NCBI GenBank assembly: GCA_963808625.1
Contig: CAWEHK010000025.1
Span: 1-64,000, forward strand
DNA: 64,000 nucleotides
Direction: 5' to 3'
DNA from: an uncultured delta proteobacterium
Lineage (GTDB): Bacteria; Desulfobacterota; Syntrophobacteria; Syntrophobacterales; Syntrophobacteraceae
Notes under the pieces: model-generated
The model's input: the letters and a program-made list of their open reading frames with translations, nothing else
Database searches by the model: none
Told to the model about the DNA's origin: nothing
Shown here: in pieces, positions 1 to 9,593 of the stretch
Position numbering within the stretch: the stretch's first letter is position 1
Layout: each line of letters starts with the position of its first letter
Program-made: the position numbers and the translations under genes

Positions 1-28
1 CCTGGTAGTTCATGGTGAGTGTGTGTCC

Positions 29-121
29 AACTAACCCCAGCGTAACCGGCGCGCGGCCAGGGGACTTCAGGAAAGCGCAACCACTTGTCCCCCGCGCGTC
101 CGGTTGACGCACTCGTTATCT
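29..121 (-). other. attC site downstream of vapC (integron cassette recombination site)
   Basis: Minus strand reads AGATAAC (R'') ... TCAACCGGACGCGCGG ... CCGCGCGCCGGTTA ... GTTAGTT (R'). The arms pair with two extrahelical bases (G and T on the bottom strand). The next ORF starts at ATG 13..11 and runs off the window. Confidence 0.88.
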
Positions 122-490
122 GAGTTGCAGCGGGTCGTATCTTATACGCAGCCCTTCGCTGACCTCATTAAGCTTCTTGTCATAGCTCAAGATCGGGACT
201 CCACTTAATACGGCGGAGGCAGCGAGATGAACGTCAATGTAGCCGAGGCCTTTTCCCATCAGATGGTTCATTTCTATGAACTGGAGGATCTCTTCGTGTC
301 TTGCCAAGGTTGCCAGGGGAAGAAGCTGCAAGAGTGAGAGGACTTCGTGTCTGTTCTTCATGTTACCACAGGCGAGCTCGCCAACAATATATGGGTGACA
401 CATCACTTCTCCATTATTCAGCAGCTGTTCAAGGTCTGAGTCGCCCTCTCGAAGGTGACGTACCCACACTGATGTGTCTACAAGAACCAT
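116..490 (-). CDS. vapC: VapC PIN-domain toxin
   Basis: N-terminal VLVDTSVW, GELACG, GYIDVHL and YDKKL PIN-domain pattern; 124 aa. Confidence 0.92.
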   Translation of the reverse strand: MVLVDTSVWVRHLREGDSDLEQLLNNGEVMCHPYIVGELACGNMKNRHEVLSLLQLLPLATLARHEEILQFIEMNHLMGKGLGYIDVHLAASAVLSGVPILSYDKKLNEVSEGLRIRYDPLQLR

Positions 491-492
491 CT

Positions 493-690
493 TTACTGCT
501 CCGCGATTCTTCTCCGGGGAATGGCCTTCAATTGCTTCTCTGTCCCGCCGAGCTTCGCCAGCCGTCTGGCACTCTCTCTCGCTACCAACGCCTCGAGTCC
601 AAGCTTTACCAATGTGGTTTTTTCCCTAATCCCCGTCAATTCCGAAGCCTTTTCAATTAATGTGTCTTCAATGTTCAGCGTAGTTCTCAT
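493..690 (-). CDS. vapB: VapB antitoxin
   Basis: 65 aa MRTTLNIEDTLIEKASELTG...; directly upstream of vapC. Confidence 0.9.
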   Translation of the reverse strand: MRTTLNIEDTLIEKASELTGIREKTTLVKLGLEALVARESARRLAKLGGTEKQLKAIPRRRIAEQ

Positions 691-717
691 CTCCGTGCAC
701 CTCTCATCTGAATCGTA

Positions 718-752
718 TGTATCAATATGCATCTTTTGCATGCGTTTGTCAA
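718..752 (-). promoter_or_regulatory. vapBC cassette promoter and operator
   Basis: Minus strand TTGACA-17 nt-CATATT overlapped by the inverted repeat ATGCA-N5-TGCAT. Confidence 0.55.
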
Positions 753-770
753 TGGCCCGGACTCTTTGCG

Positions 771-832
771 AGATAACGTGAGGCTGTGGATTCGGCGCGT
801 CAGCGACGATATCCACCAGCCTCCAGTTGGCG
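771..832 (-). other. attC site downstream of the ZIP transporter
   Basis: Minus strand CGCCAAC ... GAGGCTGGTGGATATCG-loop-CGAATCCACAGCCTC ... GTTATCT, with two extrahelical bases. R' GTTATCT is the exact complement of the next cassette's R'' AGATAAC. Confidence 0.85.
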
Positions 833-861
833 CTTGCTGTTTTGATTCCAGATCAACTCCA

Positions 862-1677
862 TCATCCCAGTGCCACATCGAGTAGCATCATCACCGCAAA
901 GCCCGCCATAGTTGCCATGGTTACCAGGTCAATGTTCGCCTCGTTCCGCTGAGATTCCGGGATGAGTTCTTCCACCACTACAAAAATCATTGCACCGGCA
1001 GCAAAGCAAAGTGCATAGGGCAGGATACTCTGCATGTGCAGTACAAATGCAGCCCCGAGTGCGCCTGCAATGGGCTCGACAATGCCGGACGCCTGCCCCA
1101 TCAGGAAGCTCTTCGTCCGCCCCATTCCTTCTCTCCTCAACGGCAATGACACCGCCGCCCCTTCGGGAAAATTCTGGAGGCCGATTCCGATTGCCAGCGC
1201 AATGGCCCCGCCCAGCGTCGCAGAAGAAAGATGGGCCGCCACAGCCCCGAAAGCAACGCCGACCGCCAGACCTTCAGGAATATTGTGCAATGTGATCGCA
1301 AGGACCAGCAGTGTGCTTCGCTGCCAGGATGTTTTGATCCCCTCGCTTTGCCCCATCGCCAGACCTGGATGAAGATGCGGGAGGACGCGGTCCACCAGTC
1401 TCATGAAGAGCCCGCCAACCATGAATCCGATAACGGCTGTCAGCCAGGGGATTTGCCCCATCTGTTCCGCCATTTCGATGCCCGGCGCGAGCAATGACCA
1501 GAAGCTTGCGGCAATCATAACGCCAGCCGCGAAACCAAGCATCGAATCCATGAGTCTCGGCTTGACCGTCTTGGTGAAGAAAACGAGCGCCGCTCCCGCC
1601 GCCGTCACGCCCCACGTGAAGAGCGTGGCCATCAGCGCCTGCGTGATGGGGCTGTATTGCTGAAGGAATTCGATCAT
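862..1677 (-). CDS. ZIP family (ZupT/GufA-like) metal transporter, integron cassette
   Basis: HNIPEG and QNFPEG motifs, multiple hydrophobic helices, VEELIPE. Confidence 0.93.
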   Translation of the reverse strand: MIEFLQQYSPITQALMATLFTWGVTAAGAALVFFTKTVKPRLMDSMLGFAAGVMIAASFWSLLAPGIEMAEQMGQIPWLTAVIGFMVGGLFMRLVDRVLPHLHPGLAMGQSEGIKTSWQRSTLLVLAITLHNIPEGLAVGVAFGAVAAHLSSATLGGAIALAIGIGLQNFPEGAAVSLPLRREGMGRTKSFLMGQASGIVEPIAGALGAAFVLHMQSILPYALCFAAGAMIFVVVEELIPESQRNEANIDLVTMATMAGFAVMMLLDVALG

Positions 1678-1698
1678 TAGGTGTCCTGTGTTTATGCT

Positions 1699-1735
1699 CG
1701 CCAACAAGTGATTCTGTAGTTTCTGTACAACTCCA
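1699..1735 (-). other. attI-like site at the head of the cassette array
   Basis: Minus strand GTTGGCG (1705..1699) is complementary to the ZIP cassette R'' CGCCAAC. Upstream has no attC hairpin but a TACAGAA direct repeat; the site lies next to the intI remnant. Confidence 0.6.
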
Positions 1736-1935
1736 CGGCGTGGGAAGAAGGTGGGGCCAGCCCCTAATCGAATGGCAGGTCCCGTGGGCGTCAGCTCTTG
1801 CCCTGATTTCCCACATCGCTTTGTTTTTACGCTATGTTAAGCCCAGCTTCTTGACAAGTGCTTTCTCATACTCTAATCCGCTCTCATAGCATACCATGCT
1901 AATTGGAAGGATATCCCCAAATAGCAGAACTCCCG

Positions 1936-2052
1936 ATGCGCAACATCGCTTTTGCATTACTGGCGCAGTTCGAGGTCGGTTTGCGGGAAAGGGCGGTCCC
2001 GAATAGCGCCCATGGATCCTACAAAAAATGGTTGCGCTGTTACCAGAAAATA
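1936..2052 (+). pseudogene. intI: Truncated N-terminus of a probable integron integrase
   Basis: MRNIAFALLAQFEVGLRERAVPNSAHGSYKKWLRCY resembles from memory the N-terminal extension (..YxKWLRYYLDFC) of long IntI proteins. It is divergent to the cassettes and breaks off at a 7-nt repeat array. Confidence 0.55.
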
Positions 2053-2517
2053 GTGCTGAGTGCTGGGTGCTGGGTGCTGAGTCGTGCCATGGGGTCCTTG
2101 CTCGGTCCCATAACTCATAGGTACGTTTGATGAATGGCGATTCACATGGATACCGTGAGCAACCTTGCCGGCAAAGCGACCAGATCTCTCAAAATTAGCA
2201 TTCTGCGGTTACCTTTACCACCTGCACTTTGACTCTCGTTTTCTGATCGGCCTTCTCTGGAAATCTCGATAGTCACCCAAAAGACCGTATGGCTTCGCTG
2301 AGGATTTCTGATGCCGGCCTTTCTCAAGGAAGTCCAAGCCCGCGTTGCTCTGCTGACAGTGTTGTATTTTGTTGATGGGCGAGGTAAAAAAACAGGCGAT
2401 GTTCAGCAGATTTTTCCAGTGTCACTCTCGCGAGCATTTGTTGACTGCTGAATAGGAGCCACTTGTCCCGACCACTGAGGGTCAAGTCCTTTTGAACGGT
2501 CTAAGGCTGGTTCACCG

Positions 2518-3054
2518 ATGTCCATAAACTCGAAAATGCCTCATCGTTTGTGCTTCCTTTGGGTGGTTGCATTGCTCCTGGTTTTTCCGGGACAGGCTGC
2601 CGCGACCCAGGTTCATGTTCCGTCCGAGGGGCTTTATGTCCATCAGATCGGCCACCTCTTTTTTGCGGCGGCCATGGCCCTTCTGCTCTACTGGCTGCGC
2701 GCCAGGCAGCTGGTGAAAACCCGCGGGTGGCGCCTGATCCAACTGGCGACGTTCTTTTTTATCCTGTGGAACATCGATGCGTTTGCGGTCCATATTCTCG
2801 ATGATCGGAGCGACCTCTTCACCACCATCGATGAAGGCACCTGGCATGAATCGATTCAGTTTGATCCGCATCTCGAACTGCTGGCCGTGCTTTACTACCT
2901 TGGCAAGATGGACCATCTGTGGTGCGCGCCGGGCATGATCCTGCTTTACTTGGGCCTGCGCAGTCTGCTCCAGGATGCGGAAAGACGCAGGGCATCCTCC
3001 CTATCGACCGGGGAGTTGCCCGCTCTTCGTGATAGCCAACGAGCAGGGTATTGA
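2518..3054 (+). CDS. Hypothetical membrane protein upstream of the sensor kinase
   Basis: 178 aa ORF with a signal-like N-terminus, several TM segments and His-containing motifs (HQIGH, KMDH). Confidence 0.7.
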   Translation: MSINSKMPHRLCFLWVVALLLVFPGQAAATQVHVPSEGLYVHQIGHLFFAAAMALLLYWLRARQLVKTRGWRLIQLATFFFILWNIDAFAVHILDDRSDLFTTIDEGTWHESIQFDPHLELLAVLYYLGKMDHLWCAPGMILLYLGLRSLLQDAERRRASSLSTGELPALRDSQRAGY

Positions 3055-3603
3055 AAAACCCTCTCCCAACATGACCCTGGGGGAGACCGGGGTCCAGCAA
3101 GTCTTGTGGAGGCTGGATTCCGGTTTTCACCGGAATGACGAATCGGGCCTTTGCTCCAGGTCCGGAAGATTGGCTTTCGAGGTCTGGATTCCGGTTTTCC
3201 CCGGAATGACGGAGAGGGCTTTTACGAGATTTTGTCAGCAGGCCCTTATACTGGTTAAGGTTAGGAATCCGCCTGTAGGAGCGGCACTTTGCCGCGACCT
3301 CGATAGAGTCGCGCCTAGGAGGGTGCCAAAAAAGTCGCTCCAAGCGTCACCCCGGCAAGTTTTTGGCCGGGGTCAGGGCATTTGAAACAGCCTGGATTCC
3401 GGCCAGAGGCATGCCGGAATGCGATCCCTGGGGGGGCCATGCGAGACTTCTTGCAGGTGCCCTCATTTTAGGTTTTTAGACACCCTCTGAGAGGCGCTCC
3501 TACAGAGGGGTGGTGGTTCTGCCGAAGTAAAAGATCTCTACCCTGATCGGTATAGAAATTTCTCCTGACCGGTGAGACGGGCTTCACTGCTGGATGTTTC
3601 TTC

Positions 3604-5322
3604 ATGACTTTGCCGCTTCTGCCTATATGGATTGCCGATCTTCTGGGGTCCGGCCTCATGTGCGTGTTCTCCGTCCTCGCCGTGGGAGCGGCCGTGCGCC
3701 TCCGCCGCACCGATCCCAACAACGTGGTCTGGACCTATCTGCTCTGGCTGTGCTATGCCCTCGCCGCCTTTGCGCTGTCGCGATCGGTCGGGCATATCGT
3801 CAAACGGCTGCTCCTGTCCGGGGGCTACGACGCTCTCTGGTCTTCGCTTCAGCCTTTCAGCGGCGCCGTCAATTCACTGCTCTTCGCCGTCGTGGCCTCG
3901 ATCACCCTCTTTTTCGAACGGGTATGGCGGATCTATCAGCAGATCCTCGGAGATCAACGGGCGCTTCAGGAGGCCCATGGCGAGCTCGTTTATCTGAACC
4001 GCAACCTGGAGCAGATCGTCCACGAGAGAACGCTCGAGCTGAGCGCCTCGGAGCGCAAGTATCGCCGCATCTTCGAGGCTTCCCAGGACATGATCCTGAT
4101 GACCACCATCGAGGGCACCGTGGTGGATGTAAACGATGCGGGTCTCACGATGCTGGGGATTCCTGCCTCCGTCGCAGCAGCCGGGGGTGATCGTTGGCGA
4201 GACTCTTACACCGGCATGTCGGGGGCGACTGCGATCGCAGGGGCAACCACTGTGGTAGGGGCGACCAGCCGGTCGCCCCTACGTGGGGCTGGTCAAACTC
4301 ATCGTTTTCAGGACTTCTTCAGCAACCCCAGGGAATGGGACGAGCTGCTGGGCAAGCTGACCCGGGAAGGAGCTGTCATCAACCAGGAAATCCAGCTCCA
4401 GGGGCATGACGGGCGGCGGTTCAGCGCCCTCATCAGCGCCAAGGTCGAGCGTGCGGAACAGGCTCTACCTGCTGGGTCTCATCCGGAACTGCCTGACAAA
4501 TCCTTGATGAAGACCAGGCTGGAGCGCACGGAACAGGGCGAGGCCCTCGAAGCGATTCACTTCCTGGTAAAGGATATTTCTCAGCGGAAAGCGATGGAAA
4601 AGCAACTGCTCCTCGCCGACAAGCTCTCCTCCATCGGCCAGCTCGCCGCCGGCATCGCCCACGAAGTCAACAACCCCCTCGGCATGATCCTCGGCTACAC
4701 CCAGCTCCTCATTCGCAGCGAAGAAGCCGGAACGCAGCGCTACGACGATCTCCGGACCATCGAAAAGCACACCCGCACCTGCAAGACCATCGTCGAAAGG
4801 CTGCTCAATTTTGCCCGCAGCACCCAGACCCGCAAGGAACGGGGTCATATTCACACCGTGATCGAGGAGGTCCTGGGGCTCCTCAAGCGCCCGCTGGAGC
4901 TCGACGGAATTACCATTGAGAAGGATTTCGACGAGCGCGTGCCGCCCCTGCTGCTGGATCGGGAGAAAATGAGGCAGGTCTTCATGAATCTGCTGGTGAA
5001 CGCCAGGCAGGCCATCGGCAAACAGGGTAAGATCACACTTACCACCCGCTATGATGCAACTCGAGAGGAAGTTGTGATCCGGGTGAGCGACAGCGGCTGC
5101 GGCATCGACGCCGCTGATCTGTCGCGAATCTTCGATCCCTTCTTTACGACCAAACCCACTGGAGAAGGAACGGGGCTCGGACTGTCCGTAAGCTACGGCA
5201 TCGTCCAGGACCACAAGGGCCAGATTACGGTAAGCAGCGAGGCGGGGAAGGGGTCCGTATTCACCATTGTGTTGCCGAACACTACTGTGGAAATTGGTGA
5301 GGGGCTGCACCAAGACAAGTGA
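3604..5322 (+). CDS. Membrane-bound PAS-domain sensor histidine kinase
   Basis: TM N-terminus, PAS, H-box AHEVNNPL, N-box NLLVNA, DSGCG, FDPFFTTK, GTGLGL. Confidence 0.95.
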   Translation: MTLPLLPIWIADLLGSGLMCVFSVLAVGAAVRLRRTDPNNVVWTYLLWLCYALAAFALSRSVGHIVKRLLLSGGYDALWSSLQPFSGAVNSLLFAVVASITLFFERVWRIYQQILGDQRALQEAHGELVYLNRNLEQIVHERTLELSASERKYRRIFEASQDMILMTTIEGTVVDVNDAGLTMLGIPASVAAAGGDRWRDSYTGMSGATAIAGATTVVGATSRSPLRGAGQTHRFQDFFSNPREWDELLGKLTREGAVINQEIQLQGHDGRRFSALISAKVERAEQALPAGSHPELPDKSLMKTRLERTEQGEALEAIHFLVKDISQRKAMEKQLLLADKLSSIGQLAAGIAHEVNNPLGMILGYTQLLIRSEEAGTQRYDDLRTIEKHTRTCKTIVERLLNFARSTQTRKERGHIHTVIEEVLGLLKRPLELDGITIEKDFDERVPPLLLDREKMRQVFMNLLVNARQAIGKQGKITLTTRYDATREEVVIRVSDSGCGIDAADLSRIFDPFFTTKPTGEGTGLGLSVSYGIVQDHKGQITVSSEAGKGSVFTIVLPNTTVEIGEGLHQDK

Positions 5323-5735
5323 TTCGTTTCGAAGCTCGATTGTGGTGCAGGCTTTGGAGGCTGCATCGAGGATGGCAGGCTGGAAAGCCTGCCCCACAAA
5401 GGCACCTGGCAATGAATGATCATCCAAGACTGAACCTTGTTCGTCATTCCCGTGTGCTGTTAGAAACTGTCCAAAGACAACTTGCGCGCATTTCAGTCGT
5501 CTTTCAAACCACAAAGAACACGAAGGAATCACTTCGTGTCCTTCGTGTTCTTCGTGGTAGAAGTAGGCGTTCTATTTTTAGGCGTCCCCTTAACGGGAAT
5601 CCAGGCTGCACAAGTTTTCTGGATTCCCGCCAGGGACATGCGGGAATGACAACGGTAGAGTTGGCCGGACAATTATTTCCTGTCATCCACCAAAGTGATT
5701 GGGCCGGATCTTTATTGATGGAAGTTTAAGGATCT

Positions 5736-7139
5736 ATGAAAGAGACTCTGCTGGTTGTCGATGACGAACAAGATATGCTGCAGCTTCTGAAAAGGACCCT
5801 GGAGCCGGACCTGGGCTGCACGGTGGAAACGGCCATGTCGGGAGAGGAGGCCGTTCGCATGGTCCAGGAACGACCGATCAACCTTATCCTGGCCGATATC
5901 AAAATGCCGGACATGGACGGTCTGGAACTGCTGAACCACGTCCGCAGGGAGCATCCCTGGCTCACCGTGGTGCTGATGACCGCCTACGGCCGCATCGAGC
6001 TCGCTGTCCAGGCCATCAAAGCCGGGGCCTATGACTTCATCACCAAACCCTTCGATCATGACGGGCTGGTGCTGACCTTGAGCAAGGCACTCGAGCGCAG
6101 TCGCCTGCTCCGTGAAAACCTGCGGTTGCAGCGCTGGGTTCAGGAGGAATCGGCGTTTCAGAACCTGGTGGGAAGAAGCCGGGCGATGCAGCGCGTCTAC
6201 GAAGCCATCCAGATGGTTGCCAAAACCGATCTGACCGTGCTCATCACCGGTGAGTCGGGCACCGGCAAAGACCTGACGGCGCGGGCCATTCACGCCCTCA
6301 GCGGCCGCAGTCGCCAATCCTTCGTGGTGGTCAACTGCCCGGCGGTGCCGGAAAACATCCTCGAGAGCGAGCTCTTCGGCTACCGCAAAGGCGCCTTCAC
6401 CCATGCCACGCAGAACAAGATCGGACTGTTTCAGGAAGCCCACGGCGGCACCATCTTCCTGGACGAAATCGGCGACATCAACAACCCCATTCAAACGAAA
6501 CTGCTGCGGGTCTTGCAGGAAAAGGAGATCAAGCCGCTGGGAGACACCCGCTCAATCCACGTCGATGTGCGGGTGGTCGCTTCCACCAACCGTAATCTTG
6601 AAGAAAAAATCAGGCGCAGCGAATTCCGGGAAGACCTCTACTACCGCCTCAATGTCCTGCCCATCGTCCTGCCGCCCCTGCGCGAGCGGCGGGAAGACAT
6701 TCCGCTCCTGGTGGACCATCTTCTTGCCAAGCGCTGCGCGGAGCTCGGCAAGCCGCTTAAGACCGTTTCTCCCGAATTGATGAATCTCTTCCTCAAGCAT
6801 CCGTGGGAGGGCAATGTGCGCCAGTTGGAAAATATTATTCTGCGAGGAATCCTGTTCGCCCCGCGGGAGCAGATTCGCCCTGAAGATGTGGGGTTCGGCG
6901 AGGCTTCCAGGGGCGGCGTTGCCCCTGCGGTGGACAACGACCTTCGGCAACGGCCCTATCGTGAAGCCAAAGAAGACGCGTTGCGCCGGTTTCATTCCGA
7001 ATACCTGCGAAGGCTGCTGGAGGCCACGCACGGCAATGTGAGTCAGGCCGCTCTGCTGTGCGGCCTCGAGCGGCAGGGGCTGCAGCAGATTATGCGACGC
7101 TACGGCATCAGGGCGGAGGAGTATCGGCAATATTCTTGA
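5736..7139 (+). CDS. Sigma54-dependent response regulator (NtrC/AtoC family)
   Basis: Receiver domain, Walker A GESGTGK, GAFTHA variant of GAFTGA, C-terminal Fis-type HTH. Confidence 0.96.
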   Translation: MKETLLVVDDEQDMLQLLKRTLEPDLGCTVETAMSGEEAVRMVQERPINLILADIKMPDMDGLELLNHVRREHPWLTVVLMTAYGRIELAVQAIKAGAYDFITKPFDHDGLVLTLSKALERSRLLRENLRLQRWVQEESAFQNLVGRSRAMQRVYEAIQMVAKTDLTVLITGESGTGKDLTARAIHALSGRSRQSFVVVNCPAVPENILESELFGYRKGAFTHATQNKIGLFQEAHGGTIFLDEIGDINNPIQTKLLRVLQEKEIKPLGDTRSIHVDVRVVASTNRNLEEKIRRSEFREDLYYRLNVLPIVLPPLRERREDIPLLVDHLLAKRCAELGKPLKTVSPELMNLFLKHPWEGNVRQLENIILRGILFAPREQIRPEDVGFGEASRGGVAPAVDNDLRQRPYREAKEDALRRFHSEYLRRLLEATHGNVSQAALLCGLERQGLQQIMRRYGIRAEEYRQYS

Positions 7140-7148
7140 ATTGTTAAT

Positions 7149-7559
7149 TCAACAACATCGAGGAGTATCAGGGGCTGGCCCGAGTTTCCCGCGCTCATTC
7201 TGTAAGCAGTTGTTCCTAAGGGAGAAAGTGTCCATTTTTGGGATGACCTGACTCGCATAGCGCTCAGGATCGAGGGCTTGGTAGATTTGTTTTTGTTCGT
7301 TAGTCATTGTGATAAGAGAAGTCTTCATGATCGGTTTGCCCTTCCTCTTTTCAGATGGGAAAAACATGGTCATTTCCCGAATCTCGCTGAGGGATTCGAT
7401 GATTCGTCGGCTTGACAGGTCAATGCCCTTGCGGTGCAGCTCCCGGCGCACAAGGCTCAACAACATCAGCGCTACCACACAGGTGAACACGTGGACGCGG
7501 ACTTTCTGATCGGTCCAATGATACTGCGGGCGTAGCGCGATGTGGTGCGGATTCTTCAT
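7149..7559 (-). pseudogene. IS1634-family transposase C-terminal fragment
   Basis: LRPQYHWTDQKVRVHVFTCVVAL motif; no N-terminal part present. Confidence 0.8.
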
Positions 7560-7696
7560 CTAACCTCAACGAGCATAATTTGTTCTTGGACAGCGAATAA
7601 CCAGGCAGGATGTAGAATACGGTGGAGGGTTACTCCCCGAACATCCCAACAGTAATATCAATAGAGCAGGTCACTTTCATAAACAGGAGGTTGGCG

Positions 7697-8518
7697 ATGA
7701 AGCTTTTCGAGGTCGATCAACAAACGTGCAACCGGGATGGAATCTGTGCGGCCGTGTGTCCCATAGGGATTATTGATTTCCCAAAAGGCGGTCATCCCTC
7801 CCCCATAGGCGAGGCCGAGGAACTGTGCGTCAGGTGTGGACACTGTGTGGCGGCCTGCCCAACGGGGAGCCTCTCCCATCGTGAGATACCGGGAGCGCAG
7901 TGTCCGCCCGTCCAGAAAGATCTTCAACTAACCGCAGAACACTGTGAGCATTTCCTGCGCTGTCGTCGTTCGGTTCGCGTCTACAAGGACCAAGCGGTTC
8001 CTCGGGCTGATCTTGCCCGGCTCATCGAAGTAGCCCGGTACGCGCCCTCGGGACACAACTCTCAGTGTGCGGAGTGGTTGGTTCTGGACAATAGGGATGA
8101 ATTGCAAAGACTTGCAGGCATCGTTTCCGACTGGATGCGCTGGATGCTCGGCAATATGCGGGAATTCGCCCTCGCCATGCATATGGACCGGACGCTGCAG
8201 CGCTGGGAAGATGGCAGCGATGTCATTCTTCGTGACGCACCGGTGCTGATCATCACTCATGCTGAAGAAAACAATCGCCTGGCCCCCACCACCTGCACCA
8301 TTGCCCTGACGTATCTCGAACTCGCCGCGACCAGCATGGGTCTGGGATGCTGCTGGGCCGGTTACTTCAACGCTGCGGCAACCACTTTTCCCCCGATGAA
8401 GCAGGTGCTGGCGCTTCCCGCCGGTCACCAGTGCTTCGGCGCCATGATGGTCGGATATCCCAAGTTCAGCTATCATCGACTGCCCACGCGTAAGCCCCCG
8501 CCGATTTCCTGGCGTTGA
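7697..8518 (+). CDS. Nitroreductase family protein with N-terminal 4Fe-4S domain
   Basis: CNRDGICAAVCP and CVRCGHCVAACP; RRSVR, APSGHN, LGCCW motifs; RBS GGAGG. Confidence 0.93.
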   Translation: MKLFEVDQQTCNRDGICAAVCPIGIIDFPKGGHPSPIGEAEELCVRCGHCVAACPTGSLSHREIPGAQCPPVQKDLQLTAEHCEHFLRCRRSVRVYKDQAVPRADLARLIEVARYAPSGHNSQCAEWLVLDNRDELQRLAGIVSDWMRWMLGNMREFALAMHMDRTLQRWEDGSDVILRDAPVLIITHAEENNRLAPTTCTIALTYLELAATSMGLGCCWAGYFNAAATTFPPMKQVLALPAGHQCFGAMMVGYPKFSYHRLPTRKPPPISWR

Positions 8519-8586
8519 TTGTGAGTGAATAAAGTATGGGCGGTTGGTATGAATGAGAAGAAAGAGCCTTTGGTTGTGAGTGAGGT

Positions 8587-8650
8587 AAAGGAGGGCGGGT
8601 TTTCCAACCCGCCCGCAAAAAGCGGCGGACAGGAATGTCCGCCCTCCGTT
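8587..8650. repeat. REP doublet left of RAYT
   Basis: GGAGGGCGGGTTTTCCAACCCGCC...GGCGGACAGGAATGTCCGCCCTCC; identical 64-bp copy at 9340..9403. Confidence 0.93.
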
Positions 8651-8665
8651 AAGTCCTCCTCTACG

Positions 8666-9406
8666 ATGTCCTTTACGTCCCCCGTTGCGGCTTTTACCAC
8701 ACCCTCATTTGCTTCGTTCGCTCTGTCCTCGAACGAGCATTGTTTTCTCAACCCTTATGCGCCGCTTGACCGGCACAAGCATCGTCTACCCCATTGGCAA
8801 CAAGGGGGAGTGTTCTATTTCGTGACCTGGCGACTGGTGGATTCGCTCTCTTCGACAAAACTCAAGAGGTGGAAATACGAACGGGAAGTCTGGCTGCAGC
8901 TACACCCGAAACCCTGGGACGAGGAGGTTGAGGACGAGTTCCACGAGCGTTTTTCGCGGAAGATCGAGGAGTGGCTCGATCAGGGCGAAGGCTCTTGCTT
9001 GTTGCGTGACGTCTCATGTTCTCGAATCGTTGCGGACGCCATTCGTCATTTCGACGGTGAACGCTACACACTGGCAGCTTTTGCGATCATGCCCAACCAT
9101 GTCCACGTGCTTTTCAGGCTGAAGAGCCCATACCGGCTGGAGCGAATAATCAAATCGTGGAAAGGATTTACCGCACGGGAGATCAATCGCCTCTTGAACA
9201 AAGCCGGATCGCTGTGGCAGGAAGATTACTGGGACCGGTTCATCCGAAACCCGGGGCACTTCTATAAATGCCTGCAATACATAAGGGAGAACCCCGTCAA
9301 GGCACATCTTCGAGATAACGAATTCGTCCTTTACGAAGCAAAGGAGGGCGGGTTTTCCAACCCGCCCGCAAAAAGCGGCGGACAGGAATGTCCGCCCTCC
9401 GTTTGA
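8666..9406 (+). mobile_element. REP-associated tyrosine transposase (RAYT, Y1 HUH)
   Basis: LPHW, FVTWRL, MPNHVH (HUH), KSWKGFTAREIN, WQEDYWDRFIRN, YIRENP; start codon uncertain. Confidence 0.92.
9340..9403. repeat. REP doublet right of RAYT (overlaps its 3' end)
   Basis: Identical to 8587..8650. Confidence 0.93.
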
Positions 9407-9593
9407 GGGTGGCTCTATTAACCCTGCACAAACAGAAGAATACCCCGGGGTCGGGTTCTGCTTTAAGCATTGCGGGACCAAACACACAGGTTGAGGTCCT
9501 CCGGCCAACGCCGATTGCCCATGGAGACAAATCTGTGCTATTTGTTATTATCTTACCGGTGAGGTAAAAGGATCTTATGCGGGAGGGTGTCGG

